Positions 9,402 through 19,378 of a DNA stretch of 64,000 bases are shown in pieces. Source of the DNA: a virus; IMG/VR virus record IMGVR_UViG_3300037307_000721; one strand, 5' to 3'. The translations under genes and the position numbers were made by a program. Positions within the stretch are counted from its first letter, which is position 1. Each line of letters begins with the position of its first letter. The notes beneath the pieces were generated by a model. That model was not told the origin of the DNA, did no database searches, and saw nothing but the letters and a program-made list of their open reading frames with translations.

Positions 9402-10703
9402 TCAGGTCAGCGCTGACACCAAGCTGATCGCGAACTTGACGCGATGCACCCCTGACAGCTTGGAGACGTTGACCGCGATGTCATTCGTCAACAATTTCTT
9501 ACCGTTATCCGGCGTGTGCGAGTAGCACAGGGTCGTGTCGATCCGTACTTCGGCCTTCCAGAGCGCTCCCACGATGAAGGCGTCGAACCCCGGGCCCTCC
9601 GAGGCGACGCCGTACTTCAAGATGGCGGTGTTTGAGTCCTGCACGCTCGTGATGAAGTTCACGAAGTTGTTGATCGGGTTCGTCGCTCCGGCGATGCGCA
9701 GGGGGAGGCCCGCGTCCGCCTCCGTGAAGTTTCCATCCGGAGCGATGATCGCCGACAGGTCGTCGCCGCCGTAGGCCACCCTCGGGTCGTACAGGCCGTC
9801 CTTCTTGCTGGAGAGCAGGAAGGGCCCAGTCTCGTCCGCGAGCGGGCCCGGTTCGAGCTCCGCGTCCTGCGGGCCGAACAGGGCCTTGATGTACGGGTAG
9901 CCGTTGTTGATGCTGGCCGAGCCGGTGATCTTGAGCTGGCGTCCGATGTCGGGGGCCGTGAAGTTGCCGTTCACCAGGTGCACGCGCTTCGTGCTGACCG
10001 TGAGCGTGTCCGCGGCGTCGCCGGCGATCTCTCGGACGATAGGGCCGAGAGGGAACCTGAGCGACCTGGTGAACGTGCCACCGATGACTCGTAGGGCCGC
10101 ATAGCGCCCCTTGTCGGACGGTGGAGGCTGGGCACCCCAGAGCTTCAGGTTGTCGCGAGGTGCACTCCCCACGACCGTCGTCGTGGCGTTGGTGAGCTTC
10201 GGGTTGAGCAGCGCGGAAAGCTCGTCCGCGTCGTAGAAGCCGGCGTCGCCGGGCATGAACGTGATGGTCACCGGGGCATCCCAGGACCACACGCCTCCGG
10301 AGTAGACCGTCATCTGATACCTGAGCGTGTCGCCGGAGTAGATCCGATACGGCGGGTAGCTCTCGCACACGAGCGCCGGGTAGTTGCGCGTGGCGCCCGT
10401 GTCGGCGCGGGGCAGAACCTCCTGGAACTTGAGGGAGGCGTTGGCGGGCAGTCCGGACACACGCCTTGCCACGGGCATGCCCGATGGCTGCCACAGGCCG
10501 GCCGCGATGCGCACCATGTAGATGTCGGTCAGGTCGACGTCCTGATAGACTTCCACCCGGTCGCCGGTCCGCACGTTGTGGATCTCGGCGCCCTCCGAGC
10601 CCAGGACGTAGACGTGTCGCTCGTCCTGGGGCGGGTACTCGGTGGGCGCAAGCCGGCCCTCCGTGACCCCGTAGCGGTAGATGAATGGGTTGAAGTCGGT
10701 CAT
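9402..10703 (-). CDS. Putative tail structural protein with two FTxxDxG modules
   Basis: Start moved to ATG 10703 (GAGAGG upstream, just after the stop of 10711-11412). 433 aa. Confidence 0.6.
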   Translation of the reverse strand: MTDFNPFIYRYGVTEGRLAPTEYPPQDERHVYVLGSEGAEIHNVRTGDRVEVYQDVDLTDIYMVRIAAGLWQPSGMPVARRVSGLPANASLKFQEVLPRADTGATRNYPALVCESYPPYRIYSGDTLRYQMTVYSGGVWSWDAPVTITFMPGDAGFYDADELSALLNPKLTNATTTVVGSAPRDNLKLWGAQPPPSDKGRYAALRVIGGTFTRSLRFPLGPIVREIAGDAADTLTVSTKRVHLVNGNFTAPDIGRQLKITGSASINNGYPYIKALFGPQDAELEPGPLADETGPFLLSSKKDGLYDPRVAYGGDDLSAIIAPDGNFTEADAGLPLRIAGATNPINNFVNFITSVQDSNTAILKYGVASEGPGFDAFIVGALWKAEVRIDTTLCYSHTPDNGKKLLTNDIAVNVSKLSGVHRVKFAISLVSALT

Positions 10704-10710
10704 CGTCCTC

Positions 10711-11412
10711 TCACATCTGCCGGTACATCTCGAACTGGTCGATGAAGCCGCGAGCGCCCGAGATGCTGGACATGAAGTACCAGCCGCCGTAGCCACCGGC
10801 CATCGGGCTCGACTCTGAGTTGATGCCGAGTGCGTCGTCGATGAAGTCCGTCATGCCTGGGATGGCCTCCCAGTTGGGGCTGGTGACCGGATAGGTCTCC
10901 AGGTCGTTCTGGAAGCACTTCAGGACGACGTCGCCATTCGGATTGACGATCACGTCCAGGCGAAGATGCAGCCAGGTCTCCCAGGTGAAGGTCTCCGACG
11001 AAGTTCGCAGCGTGGTCGTCGCCTCCTCGTCGAGGCCCGCGCTGAGGGCGACCTTGGCCAGCACGATGGCCGAGGGGTCGTTGTCGGACAGGCCCAGCAC
11101 GTAGGCCTTGTCGTCCTCGGTCGTGGCCTGCAGGCACATGAAGAGCCCGGTGGAGAATCCCACGGCAGCCACCGAGCGCCCACGTTGGACGGCGCCGCGG
11201 ACGGAGCCTCCGGTGGCGTTGGCCTCGTCGTCGCGCAAGGGCGCGAAGCCCGAGGCGTTGTAGTAGAGACCGACGGTCTTGTCCCCGGTCACCTTGGAGT
11301 TGAACCCGAAGATGAAGTTGCCGCCGCCGTTCGGTGGGGTGAAGCCAGCCGTCACGCCACGCGCGATGTCCGCTGCCGCCGCGCCGAAGATTCCGAAGTT
11401 GCTCTCAGCCAT
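10711..11412 (-). CDS. Hypothetical beta-sandwich virion protein
   Basis: 233 aa, GGAG upstream, operon context. Confidence 0.6.
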   Translation of the reverse strand: MAESNFGIFGAAAADIARGVTAGFTPPNGGGNFIFGFNSKVTGDKTVGLYYNASGFAPLRDDEANATGGSVRGAVQRGRSVAAVGFSTGLFMCLQATTEDDKAYVLGLSDNDPSAIVLAKVALSAGLDEEATTTLRTSSETFTWETWLHLRLDVIVNPNGDVVLKCFQNDLETYPVTSPNWEAIPGMTDFIDDALGINSESSPMAGGYGGWYFMSSISGARGFIDQFEMYRQM

Positions 11413-11424
11413 GATGACTCTCCA

Positions 11425-13203
11425 TCAAATCGTGAGCGTGAGGGTCCAGTCTTCTTCCTCGAAGGTATCCTTACAACCGAGGTAGCCGCGCACACCGATG
11501 GTGCCCGTGCCGCCGCTGATCACGCTCGCGCTCGTGATCTGGCGCATGCCACCCCATCTCTCAGCGAAGCCCGACCGCGTCGCCGTAAGACTCGGGCTCA
11601 TCGCGAAGCAGTCGAATAGGTAGTCGCCGGCAGCCTCTCCACCATCGAGGACGATGTAGCAATGGTCCGAGTCCCCGTCTGCATTCACGAAGTTCACTTG
11701 GACGATCGCCGAGCCGACGATTCCGCCACCGCTCACGATCTTGACGCAGACGTCGGGCGAGAAGCCCAGCTGCACAGGCAGCGGGTCGGCGTAGACGGTG
11801 GTCCTGGAGCCCCCGATGACGAAGTTCATGAAGCCATAGGTGTCGATGCCGCCGTACTCCTCGTGGTCCGTGACCTCGTACTGGCCCATGCCAGAGGCGT
11901 AGAGCTGCCGCGTCGGTGGGATGGGGGTGACTAGGAACCGCCACTCGCTCCCGTCCCAGTATCGTGTGGCGCCCTCCTCGTTGTCCTTCCAGCCACTCTC
12001 GAAGTTTTCGGTGATCCCTAGCAACGTGCGACCGTTGCGAAAGCGCCACTCTTCGTTCGTGATGTCCCAGAACTCTGCCACGAAGCGCTCGTTGTACCAG
12101 GTCCCACTCGTCCCCGGGAGCTTCCAGCCGTGTTCGAACCGCTCTCCGCCCGGGATGGCCTCCTCGATCATGATGTCGGACAGGTCGCCCAGGAACTCCT
12201 CGTGACCGGTCTTCCAGGACGGCGGCGTGCCGGCGCCCCACTTGATGTTGCCCCAGCCGGTGACGGGCCAGGGGCTGGTGAAGCCCCAGCCACCACCGCC
12301 GCCCACGCCCCAGTCTACCGTGACCATGTCGATCTGGCGCTCCTGGCGCTCGGGGAACGGAGGGTAGTCGAAGGTGTACGGCAGAATGTCTGGGATGGCC
12401 CAGCCGCGTTCGAAGTTCTCGTAGCGCAGGTCGCGCACGAGCATCTGCTCGAGGTCCGAGTTCTCGAAGGCGAACCTGGCGTCCTCGACGGTAGGTCCGT
12501 AGCTGGTAGTGGCCAGGTGTGCGTTGAACTTGGCCTTGAGGTGGTTGGCGAGCGCCACCATGGTGGCTTCGTTGTAGCATTCACCCAGCGTCGGCCTATT
12601 CAGCACGTCTTCCTTGTCGTGCACGCCGAGCAGGCCCCACATGGTGAAATGCCCGATCGGGTTCGTGCCAGTCCCGGGGAAGCCGTCCCAGTAGAGCAGG
12701 ACGCTGAACAGGTTGGTGAAGCCGATGGCCTGCACCAGATCGTCGGGGGCCGAGAGCGGGATGAAGTTGTCAGTGTCCAGCGAGAGGTGCACGTAACCCG
12801 TTGTCTGGATGTGCCCCTTGAACTGCTCCCATAGGTCGGAGATGAGCGCGCGCTGCGACGGCCAATCACCGACGGTGGCATCGGGCGCGGTCACCACGTT
12901 GACGGTGTCGGGCTCGGAGTGCACATGGTGGGGCAGGTTCCAGTACTCCTCGAAGTCCTCCCATGGATCCCAGCTCCAGAGAATGAGCCCCGTGGAGTAG
13001 TAGTCCTCGCCCCAGATGGATGAGCCCCAGAAGCTGTCGCCTGGCCCGTAGGTCTCATCGAACGCACCGATGCGCTCGTCGGAGGAGACCGTGTCGACGC
13101 TCCAGTCCTCCGCCGTGCCTTTGGCGACGCCCCGGAGCTCGAAGGAGAAGTTCCCCTCTGGAGCCCAGGTATCGTCACCCCATATTTCGGTGCCCCATGC
13201 CAT
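11425..13203 (-). CDS. Trp/acidic-rich putative baseplate-associated protein with ExFExxW repeats
   Basis: 592 aa. WGxxxWG motifs and five (E/D)xFExx(x)W repeats. Confidence 0.6.
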   Translation of the reverse strand: MAWGTEIWGDDTWAPEGNFSFELRGVAKGTAEDWSVDTVSSDERIGAFDETYGPGDSFWGSSIWGEDYYSTGLILWSWDPWEDFEEYWNLPHHVHSEPDTVNVVTAPDATVGDWPSQRALISDLWEQFKGHIQTTGYVHLSLDTDNFIPLSAPDDLVQAIGFTNLFSVLLYWDGFPGTGTNPIGHFTMWGLLGVHDKEDVLNRPTLGECYNEATMVALANHLKAKFNAHLATTSYGPTVEDARFAFENSDLEQMLVRDLRYENFERGWAIPDILPYTFDYPPFPERQERQIDMVTVDWGVGGGGGWGFTSPWPVTGWGNIKWGAGTPPSWKTGHEEFLGDLSDIMIEEAIPGGERFEHGWKLPGTSGTWYNERFVAEFWDITNEEWRFRNGRTLLGITENFESGWKDNEEGATRYWDGSEWRFLVTPIPPTRQLYASGMGQYEVTDHEEYGGIDTYGFMNFVIGGSRTTVYADPLPVQLGFSPDVCVKIVSGGGIVGSAIVQVNFVNADGDSDHCYIVLDGGEAAGDYLFDCFAMSPSLTATRSGFAERWGGMRQITSASVISGGTGTIGVRGYLGCKDTFEEEDWTLTLTI

Positions 13204-13206
13204 CGC

Positions 13207-13842
13207 TTACCCGATCGGAGTGAGCAGCGCGTGGATGCCCATCGTCTGGACGTAGAAGCTCGCCAGGGGCACATCGACGGAGCTGAAGCACCAGACGTAG
13301 AACGGACCGTAGGTCGGGCTTGGCGGGTTCCACGTGATCTGAGACTCGCCCCAGACGGGCGCGTCGCCGTAGAACCAGCACTCCCAGTCGAACACGAGGC
13401 CGGTGTTGTTCTGCACACTCACGTAGAGGTAGCCGGTCGCCGCCGGGTTGTCGCAGAAGCCGGAGGCGCACATGTGCACCATGTAGGGCTTCTGCTGACT
13501 GGGCATGGTGAAGGCCGAGACGTACAAGATGTCCAGAGAGTTCCAGTCGGTGCGCAGGTAGCCATCTCCAGGCACCGGCGTGGGAAAATGGTTCGGCGGC
13601 CAGAAGCCCCAGACGGGGAAGTAGTGCACACGCGCCACGAGGGCGTTCTGGATCTCGCGCAGGCAGCCGGCGGGCAGCATGCTGTCGTCGCCCACGAGCT
13701 GCGCGACCGAGTCCAGCTTGTTGCGCATCGTGTGGATCTGGCTGACCCTGGTGTCGTCCACGCCGTCGACGAGCGTCGGCTGGTCAGTCGCGACGACGTC
13801 CTGCGACGTCGGGTAGTGAGTGGTCCACTCCTTGATTGCCAT
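13207..13842 (-). CDS. Putative tail-fibre-proximal protein
   Basis: 211 aa, directly after baseplate J. N-terminal TxYPxxxD...LxDxxD...H...L pattern is common in phage tail proteins. Confidence 0.55.
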   Translation of the reverse strand: MAIKEWTTHYPTSQDVVATDQPTLVDGVDDTRVSQIHTMRNKLDSVAQLVGDDSMLPAGCLREIQNALVARVHYFPVWGFWPPNHFPTPVPGDGYLRTDWNSLDILYVSAFTMPSQQKPYMVHMCASGFCDNPAATGYLYVSVQNNTGLVFDWECWFYGDAPVWGESQITWNPPSPTYGPFYVWCFSSVDVPLASFYVQTMGIHALLTPIG

Positions 13843-13851
13843 GATCCGCTC

Positions 13852-15462
13852 CTACAGGGCCGAGCCGGTGTCGGCGTCCGTGATTGTCATCGTGTACAGC
13901 TTGGGAAACTCGATCGGCAGCAACTGCACCGATTGCCTGAGACCGTTCAGCAGCAAGCCCTGCTGCCCCTCGTCCACCTTGCGCACGCCGTCCACGTCCC
14001 GGATCACGTTGAAGACGTCACTCCACGCGAGCTCCGGAGTGGGCAACGAGGTCCCGGGCTCGTAGACGCCCTGCCAGTGCACGTCCTGCAGCAGCAGGTT
14101 GGCACCGAAGTCGATGTCCGGGTTGTTCGTGCCGTCCTCGAGCTGCGCCGCGAAAAAGTCCTTCAGCGCGGTGCGAATCGCCGCGGCTACCGTGGCCCCG
14201 ACGTAGCCGCGCTTCAGATAGATGCGCGTGCTGACGCTCACGTTCTTGAACACGCCCACCACGGTCTCGAAGGAGAACGTGATTGTGGGTGGCTTGTTGT
14301 CGATGATCTCGTCGTAGACCTCGGAGAGCAGGGACGACGACGGGGCAGCGGGCTCGATCCTGCCAGACGAGAGCTTGGTGCCCTGGGCCACGACGTACAG
14401 CCGACCCGTGTTCTCGGGGATGCCGGCGTACTCGTTGCTGGTCGCCATGAGAGCGCGGGCCACGCCGCGCACGCTGGTCGCCACGGTCTCGAAGTCCTCG
14501 CGCGTCACCGTGCGGTTGAGCACGCGGAGCGAGGCGGGTGCCTCGACTCTGGCCTCATCGAGCTCCATGCGTTCGGCCCCTCCGCTCGTGGCAGACAGGT
14601 TCTCGACCGTGACGTTCGCCGAGCTCCCGTCGCCGAAGAGGAGCGTCTCGTCCAGGATGGAGATCTTCCCGGCCTCGACATTGCCGCTGGTGCCACCGCC
14701 GACCTTGTAGCCGATCTTGATCTCACCCTGGGGAATGGCTCCCACGGCGCCGTTGCCGAAGCGAACGTGGGCGCGATCCAGATGGTCGACGAGCACGATG
14801 AACACACGGTCCGTGGACTTGTAGCCCAGGAACGACTCCACGCGCTCGTAGTCCCCATTCACCGCCGAGAGCCCAGTCCACAGCGTGGTGCCGGTCCAGT
14901 CGCACTCGTCGATCGAGCCGTCGAGAAATGGGGTGTAGCTCAGGACCAGCTCTTGATTCGGCTCACCCGTCGAGTAGAAGGTCTCGTACTGGCGCGTCGA
15001 TTGCTCCACCTCGACCGCGACCGAGGAACCACCCGCGGGGATCTCCTCGTCCTCGGTGGTCTGGAACTCGACGGGCTCTTCCGGATCCGCCGTTCGCAAC
15101 CGCGTGCCGCGTGGGATGGGAAGCTCGCTCGAGGAGTTCACAGGATTGACCGTGAAGGTCACGCTGCCCGTGGCCGCGCCGGCCGACGGCATGGTGAAAC
15201 CGATGAGCTGGCCGAGCCTGATCATCGAGATGCGCTGCGCCAGCGTGGGGATGAAGCACTCTCCTGCCTGGTTGTCCTGGTAGAAGTGCAACGTGTCCCC
15301 GACGAAGCAGAAGAGCTCGACGAGGATGTTGCCGAAGTTGGCCACGTTGAAGTCGGTCCAGTCGGGAAACACCGAGCGGATCAGGCCCTGCAGACGCAGC
15401 TTCAGGCTATCGAAATCCCGATCGGAGAAGTCGATCGAGCTTGGGATGATGCTGGTTGTCAC
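13852..15462 (-). CDS. Baseplate J / gp47-like wedge protein
   Basis: DFSDRDFDSL...WTDFNVANFGNILVELF, FGNGxxGAIP, GGAERMELDEAR, RTVTREDFE. Confidence 0.92.
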   Translation of the reverse strand: MTTSIIPSSIDFSDRDFDSLKLRLQGLIRSVFPDWTDFNVANFGNILVELFCFVGDTLHFYQDNQAGECFIPTLAQRISMIRLGQLIGFTMPSAGAATGSVTFTVNPVNSSSELPIPRGTRLRTADPEEPVEFQTTEDEEIPAGGSSVAVEVEQSTRQYETFYSTGEPNQELVLSYTPFLDGSIDECDWTGTTLWTGLSAVNGDYERVESFLGYKSTDRVFIVLVDHLDRAHVRFGNGAVGAIPQGEIKIGYKVGGGTSGNVEAGKISILDETLLFGDGSSANVTVENLSATSGGAERMELDEARVEAPASLRVLNRTVTREDFETVATSVRGVARALMATSNEYAGIPENTGRLYVVAQGTKLSSGRIEPAAPSSSLLSEVYDEIIDNKPPTITFSFETVVGVFKNVSVSTRIYLKRGYVGATVAAAIRTALKDFFAAQLEDGTNNPDIDFGANLLLQDVHWQGVYEPGTSLPTPELAWSDVFNVIRDVDGVRKVDEGQQGLLLNGLRQSVQLLPIEFPKLYTMTITDADTGSAL

Positions 15463-15896
15463 AGCGCGACCTCCTGCGAAACCGGGCCGATCAGCACGTT
15501 ATTCTCGCTGGGCGTCGCCCCCGACACAACAGCCCAATTCACCCGGACTCGAATCACGTTCTGCGTGTAGCTACCCTCCTCGGCTGCCTCGATTGTGGCC
15601 GAACAGGACGATACGGAGACACGCGGCTCCCAGTCCTGCAGGGCAGACGCGACGAGCAACGCGATCTCTTTCGCCAAGGCCTGGCTGTTCCCGTGGTGCC
15701 GATAGTGCTCCAGGTCGATACCGAAGTCAGGGCGCCACGGTAGCTCACCAGGCCGTGTGCCCAGGATTTGCGCGATGCAAGAGCGAACGAGCGCCTCGCC
15801 CTCGGCGGCCACGAAGTCGCTGCTGGCCAAACGGCGCAGTGGCCACGTGAGACCGTAGCCGAGGATGTTGCGACGAAACGCTTTGGATTCGCGCAT
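15459..15896 (-). CDS. Baseplate wedge subunit, T4 gp25/GPW family
   Basis: IAQILGTRPGELPWRPDFG and LQDWEPRV signatures. Confidence 0.92.
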   Translation of the reverse strand: MRESKAFRRNILGYGLTWPLRRLASSDFVAAEGEALVRSCIAQILGTRPGELPWRPDFGIDLEHYRHHGNSQALAKEIALLVASALQDWEPRVSVSSCSATIEAAEEGSYTQNVIRVRVNWAVVSGATPSENNVLIGPVSQEVAL

Positions 15897-15899
15897 GGC

Positions 15900-16727
15900 T
15901 CAGTTCTCCACCGTGATGTCGAGAATCTCAGGCATCGTGAACGACTGGCCCGTGACCGCCTTGCCGAACTGCTCGATGACGATCAAGATGTTCCTGATCG
16001 TAGTGAGCGCGGTGACGAGCGGCCCGAGTGGGATGAAGCCGGTGACATCTGCTGAGCCCAGACTGTCCGTCGCGCCGCCCATGGCCGCCTGCCACTCCGC
16101 CACCTTCTCGTCCGCCCCCGGAATGAGCGTGGCGATCGATTCCATGATGGTGAAGATGAGCCCGGTCAGCTTGCCGATCAGCTGGATGACCTGCATGATG
16201 CCGGCCATCTCCTGGTTCAAGTTCTCCCTGGCGCACTCGCCGATCTCGAGGAGCGTGTCGTCCTGCGTGCGCTGCGCATCGTCGAGGACCTGCTTGATCT
16301 TGCTGATCTCCTTGTCGATGATGGTGAAGACGTTCAGGAGGTCGTCGACGAGGTAGCGGATCAACACCACGATGTCCACGATCATGCGAATGTACGGCAT
16401 GGGCGGGACGAGAGCGATGAGCGCCGCCAGGGCCTTGAACAGCTTCTCGAAGCACTTGATGAGAGGCCCGGGGCTCAGCGTCATGAAGCACTTCGGAACC
16501 GCGGTGACACAGGTCACGATGGCCTGAATCATGTCGACGAGCTTAATGATGCTGTTGATCGGAGCGAGTGCCGGCGAGAGGCTGTTCAAGAACTTGAGCA
16601 GCAGCGACGAAGGGCGCGGCATGCTCTCGACGCTGTCGCGCAGATAGGCGAGCTCACCCATCCCAGGCAAGGTCAAGGTGAACTTGTCCGGGATCTCAGG
16701 GAGCTTCACGCAGACGACGGCGGCCAT
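15900..16727 (-). CDS. Hypothetical amphipathic all-helical protein within baseplate genes
   Basis: 275 aa, rich in L/I/M/A/F, between tube-initiator and gp25. Confidence 0.65.
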   Translation of the reverse strand: MAAVVCVKLPEIPDKFTLTLPGMGELAYLRDSVESMPRPSSLLLKFLNSLSPALAPINSIIKLVDMIQAIVTCVTAVPKCFMTLSPGPLIKCFEKLFKALAALIALVPPMPYIRMIVDIVVLIRYLVDDLLNVFTIIDKEISKIKQVLDDAQRTQDDTLLEIGECARENLNQEMAGIMQVIQLIGKLTGLIFTIMESIATLIPGADEKVAEWQAAMGGATDSLGSADVTGFIPLGPLVTALTTIRNILIVIEQFGKAVTGQSFTMPEILDITVEN

Positions 16728-16728
16728 C

Positions 16729-17343
16729 TCACTTCATCCCCGGAGTGATGCGCCCGCCACTCTCCTGCGCGGACACGAGCGAAGAGCCGCCGAAACCCTG
16801 CTTGAAGACGCTCTTCGTCGTCATCAGGCCGGTCATCACCTCGATCATGGACAGGTTCAGCTTCATCTCGATCGGCGCGCCGCGGTAGTCGAAGCGCTCG
16901 TAGTCGATGTCGAGGGTCTCGAGCACTCCGATGAAGTTGAACTCCGCGTGCGGCCAGATGACCGAGACGAGCGGCGGAGCCTTGCCGAGCCCCGACGGAA
17001 CCATCAATGATTCAAACCAGTTGCGCCACGTGAGCAGGTCCTCCGGCTTGACCGACTCGTCCATGTCGCCCTCGGTCTCGTTGCGTCGCTTCAGAATGTG
17101 CAGCGAGAGCCAGAGCTCCATCGAGAGCTTGCGCGAGCCGGTGCGCACGTACTGCACGACCTCGTGAGAGAGCCCGAGCACGGGTCGCAGCGAGTAGTGC
17201 GCCTGAACGGTCTCCTTGACCGAGGTCGGATTCACGATCGCCTGGCACTCGCCCTTGAACGAGGACTCGCCGGCCCGCTTGGCGCGAAAGGTCAGCAGGT
17301 ACCGCGGGTCAATGAAGGGCTGGAAGCTGTCTGCCATGTTCAA
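16729..17343 (-). CDS. Tube-initiator / CIS tube-like protein
   Basis: VNPTSVKETVQAHY...QYVRTGSRKLSMEL...PPLVSVIW...LETLDIDYERF. The true start may be ATG 17337. Confidence 0.75.
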   Translation of the reverse strand: MNMADSFQPFIDPRYLLTFRAKRAGESSFKGECQAIVNPTSVKETVQAHYSLRPVLGLSHEVVQYVRTGSRKLSMELWLSLHILKRRNETEGDMDESVKPEDLLTWRNWFESLMVPSGLGKAPPLVSVIWPHAEFNFIGVLETLDIDYERFDYRGAPIEMKLNLSMIEVMTGLMTTKSVFKQGFGGSSLVSAQESGGRITPGMK

Positions 17344-17346
17344 CCC

Positions 17347-17949
17347 TCAGATCGCCAGGCCCAATGCCGATACCGGCCGGTTCTTGAGCGTCACCCCAAC
17401 GCCGTCGATCTGGACGCCGGGGGCCTCGATGATGATGCTCTTCAGTGCCTTGAGATGGATGGAGCCGTCCTTGGCGTCCATCTCGATCATCGTGCTCCCT
17501 CCCAGCGTCTGCAACACGATCTTCTGCTCGGTCGCGGTGTCCTTGACGTAGATCTCGAACGTCTCCGTCTCGGCAAGGACGCGGACGTTCGGCGTCTCCT
17601 TGGCCGACTCGCCCTGGACCGCGTTCGGTGTCGCGGCCGTGCCCTTCACTTGTGGATAGTGCGCGCTGAAGTAGAACGGCTCCTCGAGCTTGCCGTGGAT
17701 GAAACCGACGAGCACCAGCGCGTTCACGCGCGGGACGAAGAAGCCGCCCTTGCTGTTGTAGCCGGAGCCAGCCATGCCGATGGGGTACGCCCACTCGGTC
17801 TCCTGGCGCGTCACGCCGGCGACGAAGGCCTTCACACGTCCCATCTTCAACGGGTCTTCGTTCTTCGTGACCTTGCCCCAGTAGAGCCCGTTGTAGGCCC
17901 CCGCGGCAATCTCACGATCCATCTCGCTGCCAAAGCCAAACTGGTCCAC
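17347..17949 (-). CDS. Baseplate central spike (gpV/gp5 OB-fold)
   Basis: GLYWGKVTKNEDPLKMGRVKA, TEWAYP, FFVPRVNALVLVGFIHG. GTG start with GAGGT SD. Confidence 0.9.
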   Translation of the reverse strand: MDQFGFGSEMDREIAAGAYNGLYWGKVTKNEDPLKMGRVKAFVAGVTRQETEWAYPIGMAGSGYNSKGGFFVPRVNALVLVGFIHGKLEEPFYFSAHYPQVKGTAATPNAVQGESAKETPNVRVLAETETFEIYVKDTATEQKIVLQTLGGSTMIEMDAKDGSIHLKALKSIIIEAPGVQIDGVGVTLKNRPVSALGLAI

Positions 17950-17960
17950 GTCTCTTTACC

Positions 17961-19376
17961 TCACTTCGGCCCTGGATTGCGCATGTGCGACGTCGTGCTG
18001 CCCCTGTAGAACAGAGGCGTGCCTGGCCGCGGACCCTTGGGCTTGTTCGGGTCGGTCTTGCGCTTGGCCTTCGGCCGAATCAGTTCGCCGTGCTTGCCTT
18101 GCTTCCACACACCTCCAGCCTGCGCGTGTAGCCCGACGTTGGTCCCGGTCCTCTCGTCGTAGACGTAGACTGGAAGGATCGGACCACTCGGGCCTCCACC
18201 CTTCTTGACATCCTTCATGGTCATGAGGGTCGTGTAGCCCTCTCCGTCGATGCGATGCTCGACCTCCGTCACGATCCAGATGCCGTCGATGATCGCCGAG
18301 AAGTTGTCGAGGACCACGGCGTCGCCCTCGAAGATGAGTGGGTTGCCGACCGTCGTCAGCTTGATGGTCCACTTCTTGTGCGCGTGCTCCCACATGCGCC
18401 TGGTTGTGGACTCGAGTAGCCGCGACGATACGTCGGACACGAGATCCGTGGGATTGATCACGTCCGGCACCTTCTGCGTGCCCGACGGGGTGCCGCCCGC
18501 GCCCTTGATCGGAAGGCTGCTTTGTCCTGTGTCGAGGGCCCACATGCCGGTGTTCGTGCCGGTCAGCGTGTGGTAGACGAACTGACCCAAACGCGGGTTG
18601 ATGGCCTTGCCCTTGACGTTATTCGCGTTGAGCGCGTAGTCCCCCTCGACGTTGAAGGACAGGACATCCGGCCCCTCGAAGTAGCTGATCACGTCGACGG
18701 GCTTGACCTGCCAGTCGAGCCGTCGGAAGTGAAAGCCGTCCTCGGTGGCAGAGAACCAGAATCCGCGCTGGACGGCCAGCTTTCGCAAGAACTGCATGGC
18801 CGTCTCGCCGTCGGGGATCTGCGACTCGGAAACCGTCTCCTCCTTGGGCCCACCGCCCGAGCCCATCCCGAGCCCGGTCTGGATGTGAATCTGGTCATCA
18901 CGGTAGCCGGCCCAGCGAGCGATCTTGCGCGCCATCTCGGAGATGCGAATCGGACCCTTGGAGTTGAGGTCGTTCTTCTCCGGATGCAGGTGCATGATGT
19001 GCTTGTGCAGGTGCATCTCCATGAGCACCGTGCCGTACACATCGGGCCGCGGGGAGTCCGGCTCGCGTCCCGGGTCGCGCATCGCCAGCGCCTTCACGCT
19101 CTTCACGGGGGCAGTGAAGGCTCGCGACATGTAGCCGTCGTAGCCGAAGCTGACCCTGAGCTTCAGACCGACGGCCATGACGAGCGGGTTGAAGACCTTG
19201 CCCGAGGAGTTGTCGAACTCCATGTTGATGCGAGGCACCTGGCCCTTGCCCTGGCGCGACACGTACTGAAGCTTCATGAGCGCGCCCTCGAGGATCGACG
19301 ACGACAGGCTCTTCGTGCCGGCCACGACCTCGATCTTCCACACGGGCTTGAGGGTGTCGATGCTCGCCAGACCCAC
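17961..19376 (-). CDS. Baseplate hub / late control gpD-like protein
   Basis: 471 aa. ETAMQFLRKLA..GFWF and GNP.I..G..V.L..F...DG.WIVTEVEHRI. Position fits. Confidence 0.85.
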   Translation of the reverse strand: MGLASIDTLKPVWKIEVVAGTKSLSSSILEGALMKLQYVSRQGKGQVPRINMEFDNSSGKVFNPLVMAVGLKLRVSFGYDGYMSRAFTAPVKSVKALAMRDPGREPDSPRPDVYGTVLMEMHLHKHIMHLHPEKNDLNSKGPIRISEMARKIARWAGYRDDQIHIQTGLGMGSGGGPKEETVSESQIPDGETAMQFLRKLAVQRGFWFSATEDGFHFRRLDWQVKPVDVISYFEGPDVLSFNVEGDYALNANNVKGKAINPRLGQFVYHTLTGTNTGMWALDTGQSSLPIKGAGGTPSGTQKVPDVINPTDLVSDVSSRLLESTTRRMWEHAHKKWTIKLTTVGNPLIFEGDAVVLDNFSAIIDGIWIVTEVEHRIDGEGYTTLMTMKDVKKGGGPSGPILPVYVYDERTGTNVGLHAQAGGVWKQGKHGELIRPKAKRKTDPNKPKGPRPGTPLFYRGSTTSHMRNPGPK

Positions 19377-19378
19377 GG

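Noticed and set aside
1-13842. Diversity-generating retroelement acting on tail fibres
   Set aside because: No reverse transcriptase and no near-identical TR/VR pair with adenine-specific mismatches were seen in the window.
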